Notes: generated by a model not told the origin, from the letters alone. Counted from the first letter of the stretch, positions 15,100 through 27,479 are shown. The stretch: 64,000 nucleotides of DNA from Amoebidium appalachense (GCA_963693365.1 CAVNZM010000012.1:6894889-6958888); one strand, 5' to 3'. Program-made: numbers and translations.

Positions 15100-15675
15100 C
15101 ACACACACACAACGAAAACGCACACACACACACACAGTACCCTCCCGTGCACACAGTACCCTTCCATGCACACAGTACCTGAACAATGACACCAGCAGGC
15201 TGGTAAGCTCCTTTTCATCACCCACGTGCAGCACCTACACTGTGGCATACACGTACACACACACACACACACATACACAGCTTTGCAGGTTTTTCTTACA
15301 TAACCGCACCCTCAATCACTCCACCAATTTACATTCTTGACTCACACTCTCCCCCCCCCCCCCCCCCCCCCCCTCACCCCTCTTTTTCTTCCTTTTTTCT
15401 TTTGTTCCTTCACACACACTCTCTCTCTCCCTCTCTTTCCCTCTTTTTCTTTCTTTTACGAATTACAGGTGTCTTCTTTCGAGATGGCGTGGGGTTTCGG
15501 TGGCTCAAAGAAGGGTCACGAAGGTTCTCTCTCCTTCCACGCCGTGAACGGACCCACGACGGAAAACCAGCCCCCGTTCGTGTGGAAGCAAGAATACGAC
15601 GCAATCAAATCTCACTATGGCCAGCCGGAGGTATACAACTTCACCTGGATCACTTATGGGCCTATTAATATCTAA
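8124..15675 (+). CDS. Phospholipase B-like protein (PLBD family, N-terminal nucleophile hydrolase), 5 exons, 568 aa, with signal peptide
   Basis: Exons 8124-8540, 10162-10425, 12318-12751, 13911-14295, 15469-15675 join in frame (1707 nt), all introns GT-AG. Hydrophobic N-terminus; family motifs [21 protein letters not shown] (catalytic Cys), [60 protein letters not shown]1 versus PLBD2 not resolvable by eye. Confidence 0.95.
10685..10982 (+). repeat. Diverged tandem duplication of about 170 bp in PLBD intron 2
   Basis: GGAGGGAACAGAGGGAGCCTTTGGGAGATGGGAGTGGGGGAGGGTGGGTGGTTT occurs near 10731 and 10901. Confidence 0.85.
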
Positions 15676-16546
15676 ATATTCTAAGAATACGTGGTCGATG
15701 CTAAGAATAGATGCTAATATCTGATATGGGTAGGGTGGGTGTGGGTTAAAGGTCTCCCTGCGCCGTTAAAGGGGAGATAATGGGCCCAGATTGACGGTTG
15801 TTGCTAACATCACGTTTGCAGCCTGTAGGACATTTTCTGTAAAAAGTTTGTGGTGATTTCCCCATAGTTGAGTGATTGATCATGCTTGTCGGGAGATATA
15901 AGATTTTAGGAGATTGACAAACATGTGTGTTAAGTTTTTATGCATGCAAGCAATCGCATGGCCGTGGAAGGTTGCCAAATCAGCAAGATTTGAGTGTCAT
16001 TTCGAATTTTCGGCTGTCGGGCATCTACACGACACGGCCATTTTTTTTGAGTGGCGTGCGGTTTCCTAAAGGATGACCCCTTTTGCATTGAAATTTCACT
16101 GTTGTACTGATCGCTATGTGATTTTGTTTGTAAGTAGATATTGGCCACGGAGGCTATTGATAGAGTTGAGCACGGCATGGTTGTGCGTAATCGGTATTTG
16201 GAATTCGGAATTCGGAAATCGAATTCGATAAATGAGAGGGTCTTGTAGATCTGTAAATTTGAAATCTTTAACGGATCTTGTGTCGCTAATGGGTTAATGT
16301 TGAGCCCATGTGTGAATAGAAGTGTTCGTAGTCGACTGGCACCACACGGTGTTGTGAGCGGGAAGGAACAAAAAATGCTAGAAAAAAAGAAATGGGGCAG
16401 GAAATTTGAGTTCAGGACACCCCCCCCCCCCCTCGCCCTTCCTCCTTTTTATTGTTTGTTCCTCACTCCTCTCCCCCGGCTCCCCGTTGCTCTTCCCCTT
16501 TTTAATGTTGTTTCCCCTCCCCCCCCTCCAACTCTTCCAACTAAAC

Positions 16547-16596
<50 letters not shown>

Positions 16597-16633
16597 CCCT
16601 ATTCCTCCCCCTCCCAACTTCACAGTCCCCCCC

Positions 16634-16664
<31 letters not shown>

Positions 16665-17649
16665 ATCTATACGGGTGTGAGGGGAAGGTGAGGGCAAAGG
16701 AGGGGGGTCGGGGGGGGGGGGGGGGGGGGGGGGGAGGGAGGAACGTTCTGGCAGCGGTGTAGAGTAACTTCGGAGCTGCCAAATTTCAACTTTAAATACG
16801 AGATGTTCCCGATAATGTTTTCTTCTTTGCTTTGTTTGTTTGTTTGTTTGTTGTATTTTTGTTTGCTTACAGTTAAACTGATGCCATGGTCAGATACTGA
16901 GTGTAGCTGCTGGGCATAACATGTACGTCAGAACTGTTGGTAACCTGGTGTATACATGTTGGTAGTGGTGGCATTTGCAATTGCGATTGGGTGTATTTGA
17001 ATGTGTGTGTTTACGTCGTACATGTGTGTGCGCGTTGGATGGGTGGGTGGGGGGGCACAGTGCACGTGGGGAGGGGGCGGCGGAAATATGCCATCGATAG
17101 TTTGATCAAAGTCGACTCAAATCAAACCAACTCATAGATGTGTCCGCGGCTCAGATTGCGGACTAAAAACTAGCAGGCCTGGATCGACGAGATGGGCCCG
17201 AATCCCTTTTCATCCATTAAAACACTGTTTTCTATGCACTATAAGCCTGTTATTAGTAACAAACTTAGGCTTAAAACGCGAAGAATTAAAAGACCTTTTT
17301 TTTTGGACATCATTCGTTGCTTGACGCGACAAAAAAACATAAACTTCTATTATTACTGAGTTGGTTTGGATCAGAGCCGAGCAAAGAGCATAATGGTTTT
17401 TGGGATTGGCTGAGTTTGTAGCGATGTTATCACCCCTCAAGAGCGCTTTTTTGCCTGTTATCTATCTACTATCCTGAAACTGTTTTGTAGAAATAATAGT
17501 CCTGCAGGCATCGCTGCAGCCAAAAAAGTTAGCCAGCAAGGGGACAAAACTAACCTTTTATGGTTAGCCACCTGCCAATAATGGCGCATAAATAATTGGC
17601 TAATTTTGATTGGGTAACACCTGCCATCATGCTCGAGCAAAGTTGCTTA

Positions 17650-18025
17650 TGTGAGCAAAACGGTGATGTGTGGTGTGAGGAAACGAACGTAGCATGCAGC
17701 AAAAAGCCTTCCTCTTGTTATAGTGTCCCCCCACTAAAGCCCCCCCCCCCCCCCCCCCTCCCTCCCCCCCCCCCCCCCCCCTTCCTCCACCATTTCCCTT
17801 GCTCGGAGTCCCCCCCCCCCCCCCCCCCCCCCCCCTATCCCCTTCCTCCTCCTCCTCCCCGCATGTCAAATTTTTTCTCCTCTATTGAATCACTGAAACC
17901 GGCACATGATATAGCTCCCCATCCCTATTACGCATAGTACTAGGTAGTGATGGATCACCCTAATATTAGCCCATAGTAAAATAGTCATGCAATATAGCCT
18001 CCCCCCCCCCCCCCCCCCCCCCTCG

Positions 18026-18087
<62 letters not shown>

Positions 18088-18270
18088 TGACACATACACA
18101 CACATACACACACACACACACACAACTAGGAAGATCTCAAGACGTCGGTTTCCGATTGGTGATCTGCAGGAGGGGAGGGGAGGAACCAATCAGAAATAGC
18201 GCAATATTGCGCAAGTCAAAATCGAAGCTTCTTTACTTGACTGATCAAAACAGACCACTAAACCACCCAA
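17650..18270 (+). repeat. Old interspersed repeat, copy 1 (homologous to 31610-32095)
   Basis: Collinear shared blocks AAAACGGTGATGTGTG, CTCCTCTATTGA..GAAACCGGC, TTGGTGATC..GAGGAACCAAT, TCGAAGCT.CTTTAC. Confidence 0.75.
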
Positions 18271-18400
18271 CTTCGCCCCCCCCCCCCCCGGCCCCCCCCC
18301 TCCAACCCCCCTAACCCCCCCCCCCCCCCCGAGGGGGGGGGGGGGGGGGAAGGGGGGAGTTCATCAAGAAAGGAGAGGCAATAGAAATAGAGCTCCATGG

Positions 18401-19301
18401 ACAGTACCTGCACATATCGCTTTCACGAAACTAATACGCACCCCGGAATATTTTTATTGGATAAGCGGTCCGAAAAGCCGGTCGGATTGGGTCGAAAAAT
18501 AGATCCAGTGATTTAAGTGGGTAAAAATCAGGAGGTTGAATCGCCGATATTTGGGAAAAAATTAGACAGTACCTGCACATATGCCTCCACCGAATTTTTC
18601 CCAATTACAAGATGGTGGAGGGACGGAATATCCGTCGATAAGATAAAGGGGTGTGCCGCGTATAAGATGAGTGCGCAAAAATACCTACCAGTCCGGTAGT
18701 TTGTCTGTGTTTTTTGTTTTGTCAGAGGGAAAAACATCCACCCTCAAAGAAATGCCACGAAAAGTGAAGAGCCGTTGAAGTGGTTTACGTGTTTCATACA
18801 GATTTGGAAAGCGATGATTGGATGTTATATCTAACTGTGATATGTAACCAATGGGAATAATGGTAGTAATTCATGGGATATAACTAATACAGTATTTGGA
18901 AACAACTGTGAGATTTGAAAAGGGAATTATTAGCTTCATTGTGTAAACCAATACTACAGGAACGTCTGCTATTTCTTTTTTTACGCTACGGAGACAGTAC
19001 CTTCAAAAATGTATAGAGGCGTGGACGTGCACACAAGAAAACAGCATCTCAGATAATTGGGGAGGGGAAAAAGAAAAAGAAAAAAAAAAAAGAAAAAAAA
19101 CGGGGAACCCAACTAATACAGTACCTGCACATATCGCTTTCACGAAACTAATACGCACCCCGGAATATTTTTATTGGATAAGCGGTCCGAAAAGCCGGTC
19201 GGATTGGGTCGAAAAATAGATCCAGTGATTTAAGTGGGTAAAAATCAGGAGGTTGAATCGCCGATATTTGGGGAAAAATTAGACAGTACCTGCACATATG
19301 C
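18401..19301 (+). repeat. Two near-identical direct repeats of about 184 bp (18401-18584, 19118-19301), each bounded by ACAGTACCTGCACATAT
   Basis: 17-mer at 18401, 18566, 19118 and 19283 (165-bp spacing in both copies). Confidence 0.9.
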
Positions 19302-19342
19302 AGCACAATGATTTTGAATAGGTTGTTTTACTTTTGGAACCC

Positions 19343-19373
<31 letters not shown>

Positions 19374-19879
19374 CTCTCTCCCTCCCCCCCCCCTCCCCCC
19401 CCCCCCCCCCCCAGCCCCTCCCCCCGCACACACACACACACACCCTTCCCTACCTCCACTGTCCCCCTCCCCCACCATTCCACGTAACAACATCCCTTCT
19501 GTTTTCTTACAGTGTACATGGGCGGGTGAGATGATTTAGTGCCACAACGTCACGCTTTGTCCTGAGTGCACGCATATGAAGGGGCAGAAACCTTGTCACA
19601 CGGGCAGTGGATGAATGGATGCACGGGTTGTAGTGGTGATAGCAATGGGAAAGAGAGTGAGAGGGAGGGAGGGGGGAAGCGGAGGGAGGCGACGAGGGAC
19701 CGGCGGGGGGGGGGGGGGGGGGGGGGAGGGGGAAAGGGGAGGGGGAGGGAGGGGGGAGGAAGGAAAAAATCCCCCCAGTTGCCACCTGTGCACCAATAGA
19801 CATGTAAGTTGTACATTGAAGCCCCTACATGCTAGACACACACTCACACTCACACTCACACTCACACTCACACTCACAG

Positions 19880-19913
<34 letters not shown>

Positions 19914-19971
19914 CTTACACGCACGCACGCTCACACTCACACTCACACTCACACTCACACTCACAGTCACA

Positions 19972-20005
<34 letters not shown>

Positions 20006-20284
20006 ACACGCACGCACACGTTGCACCACTGAAATCACCACCTGAACACATTGCAAGCACAAAGTGTGTGTAAGCGTGTGTATGATGGAGAAAGCCACAC
20101 CAAGATTAAGAGAGTAGGATCAAGGCACGGTGTAAGTGTGTGTGCAACGCACTCTGATGCCGGTGTGTGGAGGTATGTGTAAGCGTGTGTATGAGGGGGG
20201 GGGGGGGGGGGGGGGTTAGCTTTACGTAAAAAAAAAATAAAAAAAAATACGTGCAACCCCTCAGGCTGTGGGTGGTGTGTGTGC

Positions 20285-20324
<40 letters not shown>

Positions 20325-20697
20325 ACATGTGTGTGTGTGTTGGTGATGGTTTTGAGATGGTGGTGTGTGTTTTTTTTTTTTTTTTTTTTTTTTTATTTTT
20401 TTTTATTTTATCACGTTTTGTTCCCGGAGGGCCTTTTCAGGCCCTCTAGGGAAACTACCGTCTACCACACAGCACCGACAGTACACTAGTTAAGGTGCTA
20501 TCTATGAGTTCAGCTAAGCTAAACCATCCTTCACAACCTAACTATAAGTACACACTTTGCCCAGGGCTACTACCCCAGCCACGAAGGCAGGAGGCTCCAG
20601 TCCTCCCCTCCATTCAAAACCTAGCAATAAACGTTAACCGAGGGCTCTCATTGGTCGATCTACAGTATTGGGAAGTCCTAGGTGTTGTGTATAATAT

Positions 20698-22491
20698 TTA
20701 CGGTGGGTATGGGTGGATGATGGGGTGTGGTGGTGGTGGTGGTGGGGGGTTGCTGCCTAACATTATGTGTTGGTGTGCGTATGTTGTGGCGATGTTTTTG
20801 TGGACTAAAAGGTGGGCTTTACAGGGCACACCGGGTCTGTGGGTGTTCCGGCATTCAGAACAGGCCGGCCGGGTGTGTGTGGGGGGTGTATTTGTTGGTT
20901 TTTTGGGTTTTTGGAGAGCCATACTTTTCTTTCTACGGGTGGTGGGTATATGGTGGTGTTTTTGCATTTTAGGGTGGGTGGGGGGGAGTGTTGTGTTCCG
21001 TGGGTGCCAAATTTTTGAAAAGAAAAAGGATTGCAACTCTACTGTGATTTTTCCTAAGATGGCCCGGGTGGTGGTCTTGGTGGTGCCGGTGGCTGCAAGT
21101 AGTGGGCCCACCGATCGTGGGCAAAATCCCCGTTCGACCCACTTGGTGTCTTCGGGGTCAGGTGGGTCACCGTTGCCTCCTATCCAGTTTATCCATGCAC
21201 ATTGGTCTACCACCGTGGCTGCCGTATGGTGGTGCTGTGCCGTGGGGGTGTTTGGATGACGAGTGTGCAGGACGTTGTGGATGCAGGCTGTGATGGCGGT
21301 GGTCAGGGTGGGGACTTCCCCGGCATGGGCCGGGCAGGCCCAGAGGTGGGTGGTGGTCTCAGGGTGCTGGCTGCACCGGGGGCATGTGGGCTGTGTAACG
21401 ACGGTGGGGTGATCTCGGTGTAGCCGTGCCATGGTAGGCAGGGTGCCCATGGCCAGGGACAGGCTACGAGTGTTTCCTCTGACTGCCCCGATGGTTGCCT
21501 GTGTGGGCCCCTTGTTGAGCTTGAGGGGGTTCCGTTCGGCTGGGAGCAGTCTGGGGTCGGCTAGTATGGACATAGCCTTGGTCTTGCCGGCCATGTCGGT
21601 GAGGAAGTCCTTGTTCAACCGGTTCAGTGTACCGGGAATGTTGCCGGGGATACGGTGGCCTTGTAGTCGTAGGAAGTATTTCCCCCCCCCCCCGGGGCCG
21701 GAGGTAGGGGGGGGGGGGGGGAGGACTCTTCCTGCATTGGCTGCCTTGTCTGCCTCGTTATTCTGTTGACCGTACCGTTTGGTGTTGGATTGGTGCCCCT
21801 TCACCCACGATACCTGTACAGAGCCTGGTTGCCGGAGAGAGAGTTGGTCTCGTACGTGAGCCCATTCCACTATGTGGGGGAACTTTAGCTTGCGTCGAGG
21901 GGGTGTGGTGGGGTCTATATTTGCCGTCCATCGGTCGACTACTCCGAGGTTATCGAGCTTGATGTGGATGGGGGTGGTGGTGGGGGTGAGCAGGAGGGCT
22001 AGTAGTACCCCTGTGAGTTCGGCTTGGGTGGATGATAGGGCCGTATGGAGCCTGGTCTTGGCCGTCACTGGAGGTGCTTTCCGGTCCGGGGTGTCCAGTA
22101 CCGCCCCGGCTCCGGCCTGGGCTATCCTCCTGCCCGGGTGGATGAGGCTGCCGTCCGTATAAACGGTGATCGGTTGGTCTGGGGGGATCAGGGTGATTTG
22201 CTGCTGCCACTCGTCATAGGTGGCCTGGGGCACCAAGTCGGTGTAGGTGAGCCTACGGGGAGTGGGTGGGCTCGGCAGGTCAGCCGGGTGGGCCGTGCAC
22301 TTGTGTCCTGGTGGTGACCCTACCGGTGGTGGCTGCTGGGGGGGGGGGTGGGCCGGGGAGGTCCCCCGGTAAGGGTGTGGCTTCCTCGTTGGCTTGCAGG
22401 TGGAGCATCTGGGGTGATGCCTGTTGGTGGGGGGGAAGATGCCGCCGGAAATGGTGTATCTTCCTCCACTGCTCGGCCGGATCGGAGCCAT
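20698..22491 (-). CDS. RNase H and C-terminal Cys/His Zn-finger segment of the LINE ORF2
   Basis: VYTDGS, SSTQAELTGV, LDN, WVKGH, NNEADKAA (RNase H acidic residues); CPRCSQHPETTTHLWAC finger. Confidence 0.9.
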   Translation of the reverse strand: MAPIRPSSGGRYTISGGIFPPTNRHHPRCSTCKPTRKPHPYRGTSPAHPPPQQPPPVGSPPGHKCTAHPADLPSPPTPRRLTYTDLVPQATYDEWQQQITLIPPDQPITVYTDGSLIHPGRRIAQAGAGAVLDTPDRKAPPVTAKTRLHTALSSTQAELTGVLLALLLTPTTTPIHIKLDNLGVVDRWTANIDPTTPPRRKLKFPHIVEWAHVRDQLSLRQPGSVQVSWVKGHQSNTKRYGQQNNEADKAANAGRVLPPPPPTSGPGGGGKYFLRLQGHRIPGNIPGTLNRLNKDFLTDMAGKTKAMSILADPRLLPAERNPLKLNKGPTQATIGAVRGNTRSLSLAMGTLPTMARLHRDHPTVVTQPTCPRCSQHPETTTHLWACPAHAGEVPTLTTAITACIHNVLHTRHPNTPTAQHHHTAATVVDQCAWINWIGGNGDPPDPEDTKWVERGFCPRSVGPLLAATGTTKTTTRAILGKITVELQSFFFSKIWHPRNTTLPPTHPKMQKHHHIPTTRRKKSMALQKPKKPTNTPPTHTRPACSECRNTHRPGVPCKAHLLVHKNIATTYAHQHIMLGSNPPPPPPPHPIIHPYPP

Positions 22492-23093
22492 CCTTCAGTG
22501 CGATGACTTGGTAGATGTCGATACTGTCGGTGTTGATGAAGTCCTTGTGGTACTTCGGGACTACCATGTGGGTGGTGATTCGGGTCTTGAAGGCCACGTA
22601 GGGGTCTGCCCGTATCACCTCCACAGCACGGGTCCACCCCACACACTGCTTGTTGTGGGTGTGATTATCGGCTGGGGGCTCAGGGGGCTCGTATTTGCTG
22701 TTGGTGCTGTCGGTGTTAGAGTCCTCTGAGTCGTCGGAGTCGTCGCTGGGCCCCGTCGACTCCGATTCTGGCTCCGTGTCTAACCCTTCCCCCTCTCCGT
22801 CTGCGTACCCGGGGTTGGGGGAGAGGGTGGCCGGGGTGTAAGCTAGGTTCCATGGGGAGTGGCCGTATTTGCAGTCACCAGGGCAAAAGCGGAAATGGGC
22901 TGTTCCATGTGGGTCGTTCCACGTGGGTCGGTGCCATCTCAGCCCCTCCTCCTCTGTGTTGTCCCGTAGATGGGCTATTTTGACCCAAGCCTCCCCGTTG
23001 TGGGTGGTGTGGGCCACCACCTGGCTGAGTTCGTATTGCCCGTTCTTGACTATTTCCACCACGAATGCACCGACGGGGTGGTTTGGCACGAGG

Positions 23094-25109
23094 TCAATGG
23101 TGTGGTGGGTGTGTGGTCTGGGTGCTGGCCGTAGTTTGTCTGCGATGGGGATGGCCCCCTTGATGATGGACCTGTACCACTGTGTAGCTCCCGGGTGTAG
23201 TAGGTCTGAGGGGTGGGGCAGTTCGGGGAACGCCCGGAACACCCCCGGCCGTACCATGGTGTCCTCCACCGTGTAGAGTTGACGGGGGTGTGTGTGGGGG
23301 CCGATGTGGGCCGCAAAGGTGTGGTCCGGGAAAACGGTGTTGATAGGGGTGCTGGTTGTTGTTGCTGCTTCCCCTCCTTCTCCTTGGGGGGAGGGGGGGG
23401 TGGGGTGGGGGTGCTTGTGTTTTTTGGGGAGGGGTTTCCCCAATACTCAGGTGCCGCTCGTGAAGGATCCCCGTGATATGGGCCCAATAGTTGTGGAGCT
23501 GCTTTCCCCCTAGCCTGTAAAGTTTGGCTGGGGGTGCTTGCAGGGGTGGGTAGGGTAGGCCTGTCACGTGTTGCTGCTGCCAGGCTCGGTACCGGACCAC
23601 GTCCCCTGCTGGTCCTGGTGTTTCCAGCAGGGCACACAGCTCCGTAACCATGGTGCTGGCTGCTGATTCGACGATGCTGGCCAGTCCCCCTAGAGTGGGA
23701 TGGTGTAGCAGCCCGGACGGGGTGCTCCGGTGGAAACCACACTTCCGACGGAGTAGGTCTCTCCACTTGCTGTCGATTGCCTGCATGGTGGTGTTGCTGA
23801 TGACTGACCCTTTGAGGAGGAAGAGGATGGCCGGGGCCACCACACTGTTGGCTACGTAGATCACTTGGCTGGGTGCCAGCATTTTACGGGCTAGTATGGT
23901 GGTGGCCCGTAATGTCAGCTGCATGGCCTTCCCATCGTTGGGCCGGGTGTGTCGTTGGAGGGTGATGTTGACCCCTAGCACTCTGATGTTTGCATCGGGG
24001 AGCTCGATCTGAATGGGTAGGGGTGGTGCTCCCGGGGATTTGCGGTACTGCATGGGGGCCACTGTTGCCCGTGTTGGGGTACCACGGGCGAGGACTGAAA
24101 ACTTGTCTGGGTGTAGTTCCAAGTCATGGTAATAAAAAAAGGGGGCAGATAAATCGAGAGTTTGCTGGATGCTCTCCTTGTTGGGGCCAAACCATGTTGT
24201 GTCGTCGGCGAAGGCTACAGACGTCACACACGGGGGTGTTTGTGCCGGTGTGTGGTGCTGTGTCTGTGGGGGTAGGTGGAAAGTGTACCCCTTGCCGTGC
24301 CTTTTGATGGCTGTTAAAACTGGATCGTAGAAAATAATCCACAGAATGGGGGAGAGGACAGCCCCTTGGGCCAGGCCGTTTTCAACAGGGAAAGACTCAG
24401 TGTGCCCCTGGTCTGTGCACACCGTGGCCGTACGACTGTGCCACATGTGCCGGAGGAGGGTGATTAGCTGGGGGTCTGTGCCCAGGCGGGTGAGCCCCAG
24501 TTCCACCGAGGGCCAAGACACCGTGTCATATGCCCTCTTAATGTCCTGTTGGACGATCCATAGTTCCTGGTCGTGGTCTATGGCGTCCTCTATCGTCTCT
24601 CGGATGATAGCCAGCGCCCCGTCGATACCCGGGCCCGGCACGAACCCAAATTTCCCCCCCGGGAGGAGGGTGGGGTACTGCCGGAAGATCGAGAGTAGGC
24701 GCTGGTTGATGACCGATTCTAGCAGCTTCCGTGCCGTTTCCAAGAGTGCTATCGGTCGGGTTTTGTCGAAGTCACCTTCCCATTCCCCTTTCGGTAGGGG
24801 ATGGATGGTGTGGTGCAGCCATGACCTCGGTGTGGTCCCCGTGGCCAGACATCCGTTGATGATATGTAGGAGCCATGCTAGCCCCTTTGGCCCCAGGTGT
24901 TGGAAGTATTCGTACTGGATTTCCGTTGGGCCGGGGGCCTTCCCCCCCTGTCGGCTTTGGACGATCTGTTGGAGCTCGTCTTGGGTGGCCGGGTGCATTA
25001 GGCTATAGACCCTAATGGGGAGTCTTCGGGGGGGATCGGTCGATAGATGTCGGCCCACATTGGGTCGGCGAGCATCTCCTCGATGTGTGGGTTCCTGCGG
25101 GCCGTCCAC
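23094..25109 (-). CDS. Non-LTR reverse transcriptase segment of the LINE ORF2 (continues upstream to about 25477 and downstream through frameshifts)
   Basis: Motifs KAPGP, RPIALLE, QDIKRAYDTV, GLAQGAVLSPILW, AFADDT, RVLGV, GGL. Confidence 0.92.
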   Translation of the reverse strand: MDGPQEPTHRGDARRPNVGRHLSTDPPRRLPIRVYSLMHPATQDELQQIVQSRQGGKAPGPTEIQYEYFQHLGPKGLAWLLHIINGCLATGTTPRSWLHHTIHPLPKGEWEGDFDKTRPIALLETARKLLESVINQRLLSIFRQYPTLLPGGKFGFVPGPGIDGALAIIRETIEDAIDHDQELWIVQQDIKRAYDTVSWPSVELGLTRLGTDPQLITLLRHMWHSRTATVCTDQGHTESFPVENGLAQGAVLSPILWIIFYDPVLTAIKRHGKGYTFHLPPQTQHHTPAQTPPCVTSVAFADDTTWFGPNKESIQQTLDLSAPFFYYHDLELHPDKFSVLARGTPTRATVAPMQYRKSPGAPPLPIQIELPDANIRVLGVNITLQRHTRPNDGKAMQLTLRATTILARKMLAPSQVIYVANSVVAPAILFLLKGSVISNTTMQAIDSKWRDLLRRKCGFHRSTPSGLLHHPTLGGLASIVESAASTMVTELCALLETPGPAGDVVRYRAWQQQHVTGLPYPPLQAPPAKLYRLGGKQLHNYWAHITGILHERHLSIGETPPQKTQAPPPHPPLPPRRRRGSSNNNQHPYQHRFPGPHLCGPHRPPHTPPSTLHGGGHHGTAGGVPGVPRTAPPLRPTTPGSYTVVQVHHQGGHPHRRQTTASTQTTHPPHH

Positions 25110-25508
25110 CGGTGATAAGTTTCACGAATGACGGGCTCCGTGTCAGCCCACTCCGTGAGGTACTCAGTGCCCGTTGGGGTGACGTGCTTGACTAACGTAG
25201 CCGAGACGTTCACACTCCCCCGGTCTAAAATGCTGCTTAGTGCTCGCCGGAGTTCGTCCACCATACGCTTGCACCGTGCTTCTGCTGCTGCTGTTGCCCG
25301 TAGCCAAAGGAGTTTTTGCCGTTTCCTTCGGAGTTGGGACCTGTATAGTTGTAGTTGCTCCCGCATGGTTGCCTCCCACTCCTCCCACTGCCTCCCTGTC
25401 TGAGACAGGTGGGCTGCTGGGGAGGTGGGCCGGGGTGCTGCTGCAGGGTGGGTGACCCGTGCCGTGCCTGCTGGCCAGAGATGGTGGTGTGTGTGTGTGT
25501 GTGTTTTT

Positions 25509-25572
<64 letters not shown>

Positions 25573-26623
25573 ACACCTGTGTATATAGTCCCCAAAACCA
25601 GACGGCGATTGATGTCCAGACTGCGATTGTCGTCCAAATTGAATGTGGTACACCATTTCAATACACGCTCAGGACAGCCACACCGAAAGAAAAAAGTGCC
25701 TGAAATGCGGCTTCAATTAACTTCTCCTTCCCTTTAGTCCTTGTTTTCGTGGTTGCTGAGAACCTCTGAACGGTCATCACATGTGCCCATCTTCGGCATC
25801 GTACTTTCAGTTACAGCACTCAACCACTTTGTTATGACATCATCTATTTTTAGGTGCATGTGACGCCACACAAGCTGTAAGCGGTATGCCCGAGGTGCAA
25901 GCAGTACTTACGACAGACCCAATGTCGGTCCACCCATATCCTTGCCTGCGATTGGCACCAGAGGGGCCACCGTGTGTCTATAAATTGACAGCATTCAGAG
26001 CTTGAGGTACCCTCCCCCCCCCCCCCCCCTCCCCATCTCCACCCCCTCCCCCCCATCACCCCACTCCTCCCCCCCCCCTTCTCCCCCCTCCCCCCATACC
26101 CCACTCCCCCTCGCCTCCTCCTCCCCCCCCCCCCCACCCTTCTCCCCCTCATCCCCTCCCCCCTTCCCCCCGCCAGGAGGATGGGCTCTGCTTGTGATGC
26201 ATACTGTGCGCAATGCTTATGTTGCATACTTGGATGTTTGCTTTTGCATGACATTTTGTCCTGCACCGTGTTTTCCATCGTGTATTTGTACTTCGTACCG
26301 TGTTTCCGCCCTCAAATCCCCCCCCCCCCCCCCCCCCCCCCTTCCCCCCCCCCCCCCCCCCATCTTCAAAACACACATACATCCTCTCCTTCTCCTTGTC
26401 TTTTTCCAAACCCCCCCCCCCCCCCCCTTGTGGGAGCACTGCAGTTGACATGGTGCCTCACTGAGGATGAGTTCTACATAATATAAAATATGATACAATA
26501 TACTGTGCGCCTCCCCCGCGACCCCCTCCCCTCCTCCCGCTCCCCTGGCGCGGCCGCAAAGCCTGCACTTTATGGATCGGTGGGAATATGTGTGTCCCCT
26601 GTACGCAATTGACCCTCTCCTTG

Positions 26624-26658
<35 letters not shown>

Positions 26659-27311
26659 GAGGGGGGGGGGAGTTGGGGGGGGGGGGGGGGCTACCCCACC
26701 CATGATGACTAGTGCCCATTGTTGCCCCTCTGTGTTAAATCACATGAGGAAAAACACAAGGACAAAATGTAACCTCCCCCCCCCCCTTCCCCCCCCTTTT
26801 TTTTTATTTTTTCTTTTTTTTTGCACTGGCAGAGACATGGTCAGCAGCCAATAAATGATTATTCTCATGCTCGGTGTGCACTAAATAGGAAACCCTCACG
26901 TTCCCGTGTGTCCACCCGAACCCCCCCCCCCCCCCCCCCCCCCCCCCACACACACACCGTTTTGTACACGCACACAACCCCTCCCCCCCCCCCCCCTTCA
27001 CACACACACACCTTTCCGTCCTTCGTCTTCTTAGCCTACTCAATCCTCCACACCTTCTCCCCCTATCGTATACATACCCCTCCCGCCCAACCCCTCTCTC
27101 GCAACCCACCCACTCAACCACCCACCTGCCCCCCCTCCCCCCTCCCCCCCCCCCCCCCCCCCCCCTCTCCCCCCTACACAGACGTACACACCCACCCGCC
27201 CCTCCCCCACACACAGTGGCAAGCGCGTGCGCATACACACATACACATATACACACACCATTTTAACCTCCCCCCCCCCCCTTCCCCCAACACACACACA
27301 CACACACGCAC

Positions 27312-27384
<73 letters not shown>

Positions 27385-27432
27385 CACACACATGCACACA
27401 CGCACGCACACACGCACACCCAGACACACCCA

Positions 27433-27479
<47 letters not shown>

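Larger units (their letters stand above)
20371..25477 (-). mobile_element. 5'-truncated non-LTR retrotransposon (LINE) encoding RT, RNase H and a C-terminal Zn finger
   Basis: 17-bp direct repeat GAGATGGTGGTGTGTGT at 20354-20370 and 25478-25494 (TSD); poly(A) tail seen as the T-run 20371-20410; RT and RNase H ORFs inside; no endonuclease or ORF1 present. Confidence 0.93.

Noticed and set aside
18401-19301. CRISPR-like array or LTR/TRIM element
   Set aside because: Spacers are identical and too long for CRISPR; no TG...CA ends or evident TSD for an LTR element.
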